Origin: an uncultured cyanobacterium
GTDB lineage: Bacteria; Cyanobacteriota; Cyanobacteriia; Cyanobacteriales; CAWUOF01
Direction of reading: 5' to 3'
Assembly: GCA_963744145.1 (NCBI GenBank)
Contig: CAVUSO010000001.1
Location: 2,848,001-2,912,000 of the forward strand
DNA length: 64,000 bases
Every line of letters begins with the position of its first letter. Position 1 is the first letter of the stretch. A program made the translations under genes and the position numbers. Of this stretch, positions 1 to 9,400 are shown piece after piece. The notes under the pieces were generated by a model. That model was given only the letters and a program-made list of their open reading frames with translations. It was not told the DNA's origin and searched no databases.

Positions 1-190
1 CCAATCCTCACTCTTATACTGGACAATATTTAAAACAAGTTTTGTCCAATTACCAAAAATCTTAAATTTATTTGGTAATAGGGTAAAACCAAACGAGGGA
101 TGATCACCTAAACTTAACATCCATCCTAGTAGGTCTAAGGTAAAATTAACGGACAATGGCTAATTAACAAAGTCTTTTGCCCCCTAATCT

Positions 191-889
191 ATGGCTAAAT
201 CTTCCTTCAGAGCCAAACGTTTCTGGTCTCAACCTGCAACTCGTCTCATCTTAACAATCTTGGTTGCGTTGGGAGTGTACTATTTCTTACCTATATCTTG
301 GTGGGAAATTCGCTTGTTGCTAGGTTTTAACCTGGGGTTAATTGTGCATTTGGGACTCTTGGTAAATTTACTCTGGCACTTCACACCAGAACAAACTTAC
401 CGTCATGCTCAAAAAGGAAAACCGAGCAATATCGCATTGCTGTTCATAGTAGTGCTGTTCTCATTTATTAGTCTAATTGCGATCGCACTAATGTTAGATG
501 ATTCTAAAAACTCGCCCCCCGCGATCACCAATATCCACATGGGTCTTTCTTCAATTGCGATTTTCCTATCCTGGCTGCTGGTCAACATCTACTATTCCAT
601 TCATTATGCCTATATTTATTATGATGAAGTGAATGAGGAGGACAAAAAACAAATCGGGGATCAAACTTATCCTCATTTGCAAGGTCTAGAGTTTCCCCAG
701 GAAGAACTACCATCCTACCGCGATTTCCTCTATTATTCATTTACGATCGCCATGTGCTATCAAACTTCCGACATCTCCATCATCAGTTCCCAAATGCGAG
801 ATATCAGCCTGTTGCACGCTATTTTCTCTTTCATTTTTGTGGCAGTGATTTTGGGTCTAGTAGTTAACATCGTCACCAATCTTGTTTAG
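191..889 (+). CDS. DUF1345-family membrane protein
   Basis: Several TM segments; motifs SWLLVNIYYSIHYAYIYY and P-S-YRDFLYYSFTIAMCYQTSD typical of DUF1345. Confidence 0.8.
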   Translation: MAKSSFRAKRFWSQPATRLILTILVALGVYYFLPISWWEIRLLLGFNLGLIVHLGLLVNLLWHFTPEQTYRHAQKGKPSNIALLFIVVLFSFISLIAIALMLDDSKNSPPAITNIHMGLSSIAIFLSWLLVNIYYSIHYAYIYYDEVNEEDKKQIGDQTYPHLQGLEFPQEELPSYRDFLYYSFTIAMCYQTSDISIISSQMRDISLLHAIFSFIFVAVILGLVVNIVTNLV

Positions 890-894
890 GTTGA

Positions 895-3800
895 TTAGTT
901 TAATGAGTGATTCTTCTTGGTGCCGATCTGATCGCAAAGACGCCGATCATGCTCGGTAGCACCAGAATCTGGATTGTCCAAATAAGTTTTCAACAAAAAG
1001 CAACCTTGTTCTAGTAGATAGTTAAAATCAAATTCTAAATTCCACAAAATGATCTTACCATCGCTACCAGCAGAGGCCAAAGTTTGACCATCTGGGCTAA
1101 AACTGACATTTTTCACAGAACTAAACATCGGGAGAGTATGTTCTAACTGGCCAGTGGCCGGATTCCAGAGTTTGATGGCCTTGTCCTCACTACCAGAGGC
1201 CAAGGTTTTTCCATCGGGGCTAAAACTGACACTGTAGACCAAACTACCATGTCCAGTGAGAGTCTGGAGTTCTTGGCCTGTAGTTACATCCCAAAGTTTA
1301 ATGGTCTTGTCCCAACTGCCAGAGGCCAAAGTTTGACCATCTGGATGGAAACTCACACTCAGGACTCGATCGCTATGTCCTTTGAAGCTACGGAGTTCCT
1401 TACCTGTATTCACATTCCAGATTTTGATACTGTTGTCCCCACTGCCAGAGGCCAGAGTTTGACCATCTGGGCTAAAACTGACGCTAAAAACCTCATTAGT
1501 ATGCCCAGTCAGAGTCCGGAGTTCCTTACCTGTAGTGACATTCCAGATTTTGATGCTGTTGTCCTCACTACCAGAGGCCAAAGTTTGACCATCCGGGCTA
1601 AAACTAATACTGTAGACCGAGCCAGTATGTCCAGTCAGAGTCCGGAGTAGCTGGCCGGTGGTCACATCCCAAAGTTTAATGCTGTTATCCTTACTACCAG
1701 AGGCCAAGGTTTTTCCATCCGGGCTGAACCTGACGCTAAAAACCACATTAGTATGCCCAGTCAGAGTCCGGAGTACCTGGCTGGTAGTCATATTCCAGAG
1801 TTTAATGCTGTTGTCCCAACTACCAGAGGCCAAGATTTGACCATCCGGGCTAAAACTGACACTATTGACCACATTAGTATGCCCAGTCAGAGTCCGAGGT
1901 TCTATGTTTGTGGTCACATCCCAGAGTTTAATGCTGTTGTCCCCACTACCAGAGGCCAAGATTTGACCATTCGGGCTAAAACTAATGCTATTGATCACAT
2001 TAGTATGCCCAGTTAGAGTTTGGAGTTCTTGGCCGGTGGTCACATCCCAGAGTTTAATGCTGTTGTCCCCACTACCAGAGGCCAAGATTTGACCATCCGG
2101 GCTAAAACTGATACTATTGACCACATTAGTATGCCCAGTCAGAGTTTGGAGTTCTTGGCCGGTGGTCACATTCCAGAGTTTAATGCTGTTGTCCCCACCA
2201 CCAAAGGCCACAGTTTGACCATCCGGGCTAAAACTGATGCTATACACATCACTACTATACCTAGTGAGATTCCGAAGGAGCTGGCCAGTGGTTACATCCC
2301 AAAGTTTGACGCTGTGATCCTCACTACCAGATGCTACGGTTTTCCCATCCGGGCTGAATCTGATGCTCCAGACCGAACTACTATGTCCAGTGAGAGTCCG
2401 AAGGATCTGACCGGTATTCACATCCCAGAGTTTGATATTGTTGTCCTTACTGCCAGAAGCCAAGGTTTTTCCATCGGGACTGAAACTGATACTATAAACA
2501 TCCCCAGTATGTCCAGTGAGAGTCCGAAGTTCCTTACCTGTAGTCACATCCCAGAGTTTAATGCTGTTGTCCCCACTACCAGAGGCCAAGATTTGACCAT
2601 TGGGGCTGAACCTGACACTCCAGACCACCCCAGTATGTCCCAAGAGAGTCTGGAGTTCCTTACCTGTAGTCACATCCCAGAGCTTGATGGTCTGATCCCG
2701 ACTACCAGTCACCAAGATTTTCCCATTCGGGCTAAAATTGACGCTATTCACTTCCAGGCTATGTTTGACCAAACGGTTACGTTCCCTAACATTAAAAACC
2801 GATTGTTCCAACGCTTCTGTTACAGTTGGCTCAGTGCCATGTTCTTTTTTCAAGCCATTTCCAGCCTCAAGTGCAGCAACTAAAGCATCAATTTTTTTAC
2901 CATTCTTCGATAGCAATAAAGAAGATTTTGCCTCAGCTTTAATTTCATTAAGTTTGGCTTCTTGGCGACTAATTTCGGCTTCAATGTTTTTATACACAGC
3001 AATGAGAGTCGCGATCGCGGCGATCGCTGCAACTACTGTCATTACTACCAACAGCAATCTTAACCGGATCAGCCGCTGTTTTTCCTGTTCAGCTGCCGCC
3101 TCGATCGCCTGATGGCTAGATTCAATAAACTTGGTTTGTACTTCTGTGACGAAGGGTTGCTTTTTACCTTGGGTTGCTTCCTGGAACCAGTGGTCAGCGA
3201 TCGCGAATTCACTTCCCCGCAGGAGTAAATCACTACTCTGATCCTGGTTTTGCCATTCGATCGCCCGACGCAGCCATTTAGTATGATTTTGGATATATTC
3301 CCGGTCTGTATCTAGGGTTCTGAGCAATTGATTAATATTGGCATAAAGATCACCTTCCTTTTGAGTAAAATCGATCCACTGTACTTTAGCCAACTCTGGA
3401 TGCAACTGGGTTTTATCCACCTCTTGATACAAGACCGTAATAAAACGTTTGTTAAGTTTGGCTGCATATTCCACTTCATCAGTACAATCGGGAGAATTGA
3501 TTGAGTGCGGTGACAGAATAAACAAAAAGTTGTCAGCACTTTCAATTCCCTGATAAACTTCCTGCTGAAAATCTACTCCTGAAGCAATACTCTCTTGCTC
3601 AAACCAAGTAGTTTTTCCCCTGGTTTGCAATTCATCATTCAACGAACGGACTAGATCTGCATCAGCTTTTGAGTAGGAGATAAATACATCAAGGGATACG
3701 GCTGGTGGTTGACGCAAACTTTCATTAATAAATGCTTTTTGCAAGGTAGTCGGTTGATGCTGAGTTCTCAGTTCCGCTCCCTTCAACCAAACTTCAGCAT

Positions 3801-5088
3801 GGCGCAAATTATAGCCCCGCAGTAAAATACTGGGATTGTGGTTCTGTCGCTCCCACTTCAGCGCTTTACTTAACAATTGCTTATGCTCTTCGTAATAGCT
3901 AGCTTCCTCCTGTAAAGCATTGAGCAACTGATCCAAATCCTGACGGAAGTCTGATTCAGTCTGATTATTGGTGAAGTCGATGAATTGTAAGGCTCGAATC
4001 ACTGGCGGCACTTGCTCCAAGTCAGTTGATGATATGATCAGAGGAATAATCCTTTTATGGAGACCCAGAGCATAGTTAATCTCTTGCTGACAATAATGGG
4101 ATGTCAAAGCATCGGTCGAGATTAAATAGACTATGTTATCCGCCTGTTCAATCCCCCGATTAATTGCCTCCTCAAATATTTCTCCAGTTTGAATATCCGT
4201 CTTATTTGTCCAAACCGTAATCCCTTCTCTGACCAATACCTCGCGAATTTTGGCCATAAAAGCGCTGTCCACTTCCGCATAGGAGAGAAACACCTGAGTC
4301 ATCAAGTTATTGGCATTTTTGATGCTCTCACCAATTAACTCACATTGCAGTAAAGTCGGTTCACAGGGCGGTTGTTCTTCCTGAAACCGCTGTTTTAACC
4401 ATAATTCTGCCGCTTTTCGTTGTTCTCCAGTCAATAGATAGCGGGTTTTTTTCTGTTGATTTTCCCACTTGATCGCTCGATTTAATAAAAATGTATGTTG
4501 CCGCACATAGTCCTGATGACGATGAAATATTTCGATTAATCCGCTCAATCCTTTCTCAAAATCATTAATCCCTTCTTGAACATAGATCCAGTTGATTTTG
4601 CTAATGATCGGGTGCATATTCAGGAAACTGGAATGTAATCCCTTTTCCTGATAAGTCTGCCATTCTGACTCTGATTTGTCAGGGTGACGCTGTTGCCAAG
4701 TCTCTTGGCTGATTTGTCCGACGTGCAGAAGTGGAATAATTCGTTTTTTTAGTTGGATGGCTAGTTCAATTTCTTTCCGACAATAGGGAGAGTTAACAGA
4801 ATGAGGCGAAATCAGAAATAGAAAGTTATCGGCTTTAGTGATCCCATCATCTATTTGATTTTGGTAATCAACCCCCAAAGGAATATCATTAAAATCAAAC
4901 CACACTTTGAACTCAGCCTGATTGAGTCGGTCTTGAAGTTGAGCAGCAAAGGCTTTACTATCAGCTCGACCATAGGAAATAAAAGCATCATAGAGACGTT
5001 CCGATGGCAGGTCTGAGGGCAAAGTCGCAGGGGGTGGAGTTGAAACAGTAGTCAAAAGATTATTGTTTGGGGGTTGAGATACATCCAT
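895..5088 (-). CDS. Triple TIR-domain, single-TM, WD40-repeat protein
   Basis: Three TIR motifs (DAFISYGR..SPYCRKEI; VFLSYAE..SHYCQQEI; DVFISYS..SPDCTDEV), hydrophobic LLLVVMTVVAAIAAIATLIAVY, 14 WD40 repeats; ATG at 5088 (track starts at TTG 5094). Confidence 0.93.
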   Translation of the reverse strand: MDVSQPPNNNLLTTVSTPPPATLPSDLPSERLYDAFISYGRADSKAFAAQLQDRLNQAEFKVWFDFNDIPLGVDYQNQIDDGITKADNFLFLISPHSVNSPYCRKEIELAIQLKKRIIPLLHVGQISQETWQQRHPDKSESEWQTYQEKGLHSSFLNMHPIISKINWIYVQEGINDFEKGLSGLIEIFHRHQDYVRQHTFLLNRAIKWENQQKKTRYLLTGEQRKAAELWLKQRFQEEQPPCEPTLLQCELIGESIKNANNLMTQVFLSYAEVDSAFMAKIREVLVREGITVWTNKTDIQTGEIFEEAINRGIEQADNIVYLISTDALTSHYCQQEINYALGLHKRIIPLIISSTDLEQVPPVIRALQFIDFTNNQTESDFRQDLDQLLNALQEEASYYEEHKQLLSKALKWERQNHNPSILLRGYNLRHAEVWLKGAELRTQHQPTTLQKAFINESLRQPPAVSLDVFISYSKADADLVRSLNDELQTRGKTTWFEQESIASGVDFQQEVYQGIESADNFLFILSPHSINSPDCTDEVEYAAKLNKRFITVLYQEVDKTQLHPELAKVQWIDFTQKEGDLYANINQLLRTLDTDREYIQNHTKWLRRAIEWQNQDQSSDLLLRGSEFAIADHWFQEATQGKKQPFVTEVQTKFIESSHQAIEAAAEQEKQRLIRLRLLLVVMTVVAAIAAIATLIAVYKNIEAEISRQEAKLNEIKAEAKSSLLLSKNGKKIDALVAALEAGNGLKKEHGTEPTVTEALEQSVFNVRERNRLVKHSLEVNSVNFSPNGKILVTGSRDQTIKLWDVTTGKELQTLLGHTGVVWSVRFSPNGQILASGSGDNSIKLWDVTTGKELRTLTGHTGDVYSISFSPDGKTLASGSKDNNIKLWDVNTGQILRTLTGHSSSVWSIRFSPDGKTVASGSEDHSVKLWDVTTGQLLRNLTRYSSDVYSISFSPDGQTVAFGGGDNSIKLWNVTTGQELQTLTGHTNVVNSISFSPDGQILASGSGDNSIKLWDVTTGQELQTLTGHTNVINSISFSPNGQILASGSGDNSIKLWDVTTNIEPRTLTGHTNVVNSVSFSPDGQILASGSWDNSIKLWNMTTSQVLRTLTGHTNVVFSVRFSPDGKTLASGSKDNSIKLWDVTTGQLLRTLTGHTGSVYSISFSPDGQTLASGSEDNSIKIWNVTTGKELRTLTGHTNEVFSVSFSPDGQTLASGSGDNSIKIWNVNTGKELRSFKGHSDRVLSVSFHPDGQTLASGSWDKTIKLWDVTTGQELQTLTGHGSLVYSVSFSPDGKTLASGSEDKAIKLWNPATGQLEHTLPMFSSVKNVSFSPDGQTLASAGSDGKIILWNLEFDFNYLLEQGCFLLKTYLDNPDSGATEHDRRLCDQIGTKKNHSLN
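1035..2780 (-). repeat. 14 tandem ~126-bp WD40-coding repeats
   Basis: Highly similar DNA units (e.g. gtcacatcccagagtttaatgctgttgtccccactaccagaggccaag recurs) with 42-aa period. Confidence 0.9.
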
Positions 5089-5295
5089 CGCCAAAAGCTT
5101 TATAGGTTTTATATTAAATTAGACTAGGGATTAGGTAAATAGAGTAACCGCCCATGCTCGAATCTTGATCAGGGTTTGCATAAGTGACACAATGTCGATT
5201 GCCAAGCTAAGGCTGTAATACTTACCATGTCTCAGTTACTAAAATTTTGGTAGTAATAGTTTCACTTTTTAAATTAAGAGTTCTACCCCAATCAG

Positions 5296-6645
5296 ATGGA
5301 AAAATCTTTTCAGATCAAATTCGATCCTGGACAATCGGCAAATGCTGTTATAGTTGAGAATTTCTCAGACTTGCCAAATGTGGTACAGAATTTAGATCTA
5401 CCCAATGCTTGTCCGATCATTGTCCTAGTTGGAGGAGCTAGTGGGATTAGCGATCGCGACTTGATTCTGCTGCGTCAGATGTTTGTGGAAGTTTTGGCTC
5501 CTTGTGTCCAATCTCTGGGAGCAATTGTAGTAGATGGTGGCACCGATGCTGGGATTATGAAATTGATGGGTCATGCCCGCACCCAAATTGGTGGTAGTTT
5601 TCCCTTAATTGGAGTAGCGGCAATTGGCACAGTGGTGTTCCCAGACCATCAACCCGCTAGGGATGACCCCGCTCCATTAGAACCAAACCACAGCCATTTT
5701 CTCTTAGTTCCTGGCTCTAATTGGGGAGACGAATCTCCCTGGCTGGCCCAATTAGCCAGCCAATTATCTCCAGGAAAACCATCCCTAACCATCGTCATCA
5801 ACGGGGGTGAAATTACTTGGCAAGATATATCTCAAAGTATTAAATTAGGTAGACCTGTACTTGTTATTGCTGGAAGTGGGCGCACCGCTGATCAAATAGC
5901 CGCAGCCTTAGCGGGAAAAGATGCCGACCAACGGGCAAAAGATTTAATTTTATGTGGACAAGTAAATTCTATTGACCTGAACAACGGTGGTGCTGCTTTA
6001 GCTAAGGCAATTACAGAGATGTTTTCTCATCAAAATCAGGAGCAGAAGCAAAAAATGGCCAGCAAAAAAGATCCTTATAAAGAATGGTTGAAAGAAGATT
6101 TCGGCAAGATGTTTGAAATGCTGAAACTGGGAGAAGTGCAAACACATTTTTTGCGATCGCGCTGGCTCGATCAAGTTTTGTGGATGGAAGGTAAAGCCGC
6201 TACTGCCAGAAATCGCCACTTCACGCTAAAAGTGATTACTATTCTTGGCGGTGTATTACTTCCCGCGCTAGTAACTTTGAATAACAGCGATAATCCAGAA
6301 GTCAGAGCTTACGTTTATTGGTCTACTTTTATTCTGAGCCTGCTCGTTTCAGCGACTTCCTCCCTTGAAGGGTTTTTTCTTTATGGAGATCAATGGCGCA
6401 ACTATCGTCGTTCAGTCGAATCCTTGAAAACCCAGGGTTGGCAATACTTTCAATTGAGTGGACCTTATATTTCTTATCAAACCCACGAAGAAGCTTTTCA
6501 TGCTTTTGCTGCCCAGGTAGAAGAAGTGATCCAACGGGATGTAGAAGTCTATGCTACTCAAATTGCCCAGTCTCAGAAACCAGGTGACAAGGACAAGGAC
6601 AAGGACAAGGACAAGGATGCCGATCCGCAACAACCAGAAAACTAA
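5296..6645 (+). CDS. TRPM-type SLOG (LSDAT_prok-like) domain fused to SLATT/DUF4231 two-TM domain
   Basis: SLOG motifs IVLVGGA, VVDGGTDAGIM, PLIGVA, LEPNHSHFLLVPG..WGDE, INGG, AGSGRTAD; C-terminal RWLDQ..TM..TM..WRNYRRSVESLK of DUF4231/SLATT. Confidence 0.85.
   Translation: MEKSFQIKFDPGQSANAVIVENFSDLPNVVQNLDLPNACPIIVLVGGASGISDRDLILLRQMFVEVLAPCVQSLGAIVVDGGTDAGIMKLMGHARTQIGGSFPLIGVAAIGTVVFPDHQPARDDPAPLEPNHSHFLLVPGSNWGDESPWLAQLASQLSPGKPSLTIVINGGEITWQDISQSIKLGRPVLVIAGSGRTADQIAAALAGKDADQRAKDLILCGQVNSIDLNNGGAALAKAITEMFSHQNQEQKQKMASKKDPYKEWLKEDFGKMFEMLKLGEVQTHFLRSRWLDQVLWMEGKAATARNRHFTLKVITILGGVLLPALVTLNNSDNPEVRAYVYWSTFILSLLVSATSSLEGFFLYGDQWRNYRRSVESLKTQGWQYFQLSGPYISYQTHEEAFHAFAAQVEEVIQRDVEVYATQIAQSQKPGDKDKDKDKDKDADPQQPEN
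6586..6615 (+). repeat. (GACAAG)x5 hexamer encoding DKDKDKDKDK
   Basis: Read directly in the sequence. Confidence 0.9.
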
Positions 6646-6683
6646 CAGTTTTTAGCCATTTAATGTGAAGTTACATAGATTTA

Positions 6684-6747
6684 GATCCCCCTTAAGAAGG
6701 GGGACTTTAAATTCATGCTCCCCCTTCTTAAGGGGGTTGGGGGGATC
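6684..6747. repeat. Cyanobacterial palindromic CCCCCTTAAGAAGGGGG-type dispersed repeat between convergent genes
   Basis: gatcccccttaagaagggggac...cccccttcttaagggggttggggggatc; related half copy near 37409-37445. Confidence 0.7.
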
Positions 6748-6866
6748 AATTCTATCCACCCTCATAAAAAATTAGTATTAGATAAAATCATGCAGCTAAT
6801 TTGTCTATAAAAAACTCCCCAAGATTTAAAAAAATCATGGAGAGATAATCTGAGAACTAATTTTAA

Positions 6867-7964
6867 TTAAGCTGGATTTACCTGAACTTGACGTTGCAGT
6901 AAATTTTGGATTGAGGCTTTTTCGATAATTCCCAGTAATACACCATTATCTTGAATCACCGGAATTAATGGTAGTTGTTTTTGGTCGAGCAGGGTAATTA
7001 CTTCTGATAGAGATTGTTGCGGTTTAACAGTTGTGGTAAATTCCATTAGCTCGGTTAATTCTCTGACTTGAGTTTGCACCCAAAGATTAGTAGAGATCGC
7101 TTTTAAAGACTCAACATTAATCACACCTAAAAGTTGTCCGACTGGATCAATTACTAAGAATTTACTCCCATTATTTTGACCAATAATATAGTTGTTGGCA
7201 AATTCGCGTAAAGATAGATCGGCTGCAACAACTTGACTATTGGGATTAATTGCGTCTGCTGCTGTTAATCCAGATATTTTATCTTGTATGGTTGCATACT
7301 GAGCAGAACGTCCAGCATTTTGCAGCAAAAACCAACCAACTAACATATTCCAGAATTGACCAAAAATTAGCCCAGAGACGATCGCTACCCAACCAAAGAT
7401 TTGACCGACTCGACTGGCAAAAACTACACCTTTATAAGGATTTTTGGTGATTTTCCACACTAGAGCTTTTAAGATATTACCACCATCAAGAGGTAATCCA
7501 GGAATTAAGTTAAATAAAGCTAGTGCTAAGTTGATCGAAGCCATTAAACTCGTGATTGCTGCCCATCTACCTGATATTGGTGTAAATATACCGATACTCA
7601 GGAAGAATATAAATAGCATTAAACTCACTAAAGGTCCGGCGATCGCTACCCAAAACGCATCTCCAGGGGTTTTTGATTCTTTTTCTAAGTTGGCTAAACC
7701 ACCAAATATAAACAAAGTAATCGATTTAACTTGTATCCCTTGTTGGATTGCGACTAAGCTATGACCCAATTCATGGGCGATCACTGAAGCAAATAACAAT
7801 ATCGCAGTGATAAAACCTAACAACCAAGGAAGTGGTAATCCAGGAAACTGTGTTGCTAATCCATTTCCATAGGTAAAAGTTACCAACGCAAGTACAAAAA
7901 ACCAAGAGGGATTGATGTAGAAAGGAATCCCAAATAGATTACCGACGCGAAAACTACCATTCAT
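6867..7964 (-). CDS. Site-2 protease (M50) family metalloprotease with CBS-like C-terminus
   Basis: HELGH zinc motif, AIAGP, FNLIPGLPLDGG; likely start MNGSFRVG. Confidence 0.93.
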   Translation of the reverse strand: MNGSFRVGNLFGIPFYINPSWFFVLALVTFTYGNGLATQFPGLPLPWLLGFITAILLFASVIAHELGHSLVAIQQGIQVKSITLFIFGGLANLEKESKTPGDAFWVAIAGPLVSLMLFIFFLSIGIFTPISGRWAAITSLMASINLALALFNLIPGLPLDGGNILKALVWKITKNPYKGVVFASRVGQIFGWVAIVSGLIFGQFWNMLVGWFLLQNAGRSAQYATIQDKISGLTAADAINPNSQVVAADLSLREFANNYIIGQNNGSKFLVIDPVGQLLGVINVESLKAISTNLWVQTQVRELTELMEFTTTVKPQQSLSEVITLLDQKQLPLIPVIQDNGVLLGIIEKASIQNLLQRQVQVNPA

Positions 7965-8199
7965 ATTATTACCCCCGATCATCAAGAGTGCGTTTTTTCA
8001 CACTTTGATAGTTTTTATTTTTCTCTTTGCTCTAATTGTAACGATTTGTAAATGTGTTGTTAATATTTCTAGTACCGTATTATCCGTCCAAAACGGTTCG
8101 GTTTTAATAATTAAACGATTTTTAATGGTAAATTGTGAACTTTATGAGCATTGTTCAGTAAATAAGCAAATAATCGAGCAGAGGAACGAACCGATAATT

Positions 8200-8526
8200 T
8201 TAACAGTAGGCACTAATATCTTCACCACAAGTATCGGCAAGGAAGCATAAAGCTCTAAAACGTAAACCTACTAATTGCTCATAGAGAGGGTTTAGTTTGC
8301 ACATCGGAGGGATATAAAATAAGGTACGTCCAAAAAGCTGGATATGGCGTTCAAAAGGACATTGAGCCGGAATCAGTTTGCAGATTAGTCTTGCCGTTTT
8401 AGGGTTTTTGACTTCAATTCCATCTAAATAGTTACGAATTGGTTGCATTATTTCACTAAGGAGATTAGGGTGTTTTAAGTGGTGGTGCGGAAAAGTGCTG
8501 TTGGAGAAAGACATATTTAACCTCAT
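8200..8526 (-). CDS. Mo-dependent nitrogenase C-terminal domain-like small protein
   Basis: LIPAQCPFER..IPPMCKLNPLYEQLVGLRFRAL..CGED signature. Confidence 0.85.
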   Translation of the reverse strand: MRLNMSFSNSTFPHHHLKHPNLLSEIMQPIRNYLDGIEVKNPKTARLICKLIPAQCPFERHIQLFGRTLFYIPPMCKLNPLYEQLVGLRFRALCFLADTCGEDISAYC

Positions 8527-8943
8527 CGATGAGTCTTTTTCTTTGACACTTTTATCATCGACTAGTTCCCAAATTATTGCTGTGATGTAAAGAAGCTTTA
8601 TTGGTGATGATTTTGTTTGTTGAGCGTGATGTAAAACAACTATTATTTGCGATCGCTTACCCAGATTTTGGTGATTTAGATCACTAACATTTTCCTACTT
8701 CTAACTAAAAGAAAATATTGACTTTTTTTCGGGTGAATTTAAAATTTAGATCACATTTTTGCTCTTTATTCCGAAAAAAATGTATTTGATTATACTACTT
8801 TACATCATAGCATAAAAATCAGTAAACTTTTTCAAATTTTCCTTAAATTTTAAGATTAATTATATTTTTTTCATAAATTTATCTATGCTAATATGCTTTA
8901 ATTAGTATAGAAGCAAAGTTTGCGCTCTTATCAGCAGAGGTTG

Positions 8944-9141
8944 ATGATGTCAGAAGCTAACTCTAATGTTTCCATTCCCCAAAGTCTTCAAGAACTGGAA
9001 CAGGCCATTCAGCGCTATAGAGCCAGTGATTTGAATGATCCAGAACTTCTTGCTCAATGGCAAGCAATTCGGGATGCTTCTCTGGCCCAAAAAGACCCAG
9101 AACCTGGTACTGATAAGGTTCCCGGTGAAGCTAGTTATTAA
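8944..9141 (+). CDS. Small hypothetical protein
   Basis: ORF with ATG at 8944/8947, protein-like composition, followed by a hairpin terminator. Confidence 0.55.
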   Translation: MMSEANSNVSIPQSLQELEQAIQRYRASDLNDPELLAQWQAIRDASLAQKDPEPGTDKVPGEASY

Positions 9142-9201
9142 GCTGATCTATGAGTTGTGAGTAATTAATTAGCGTAACTTACGATTGCCCATATTTAATT
9201 A

Positions 9202-9231
9202 AACTCCTTCACCAATAAGTGAGGGAGTTTT
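9202..9231 (+). terminator. Probable intrinsic terminator
   Basis: aaactccttcac-caataa-gtgagggagttt stem followed by T-rich tract. Confidence 0.55.
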
Positions 9232-9400
9232 GATTTATTTTTTCATCAAGCCTTCCTCACTCAAAGAAAAGGGATTAACAGCGATCGCCCAACAGCGAAT
9301 TAGTCGGCAACAAAGATGAAAAGATGCCGAAAATATCACAGTTGCTTGAGAGGGATGTTCTGGTAGAATGAAACAGCCAATAGAGTTTGGTTAAATCATC

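Noticed and set aside
1249..3112. Long plus-strand ORFs (133, 60, 87, 287, 124 aa)
   Set aside because: Antisense shadows of the TIR-WD40 gene, mostly over its repeats; no independent protein signature
8200..8526. Evidence for nitrogen fixation
   Set aside because: This small domain family is widespread in cyanobacteria and is not a nif structural gene; no nif genes are in the window
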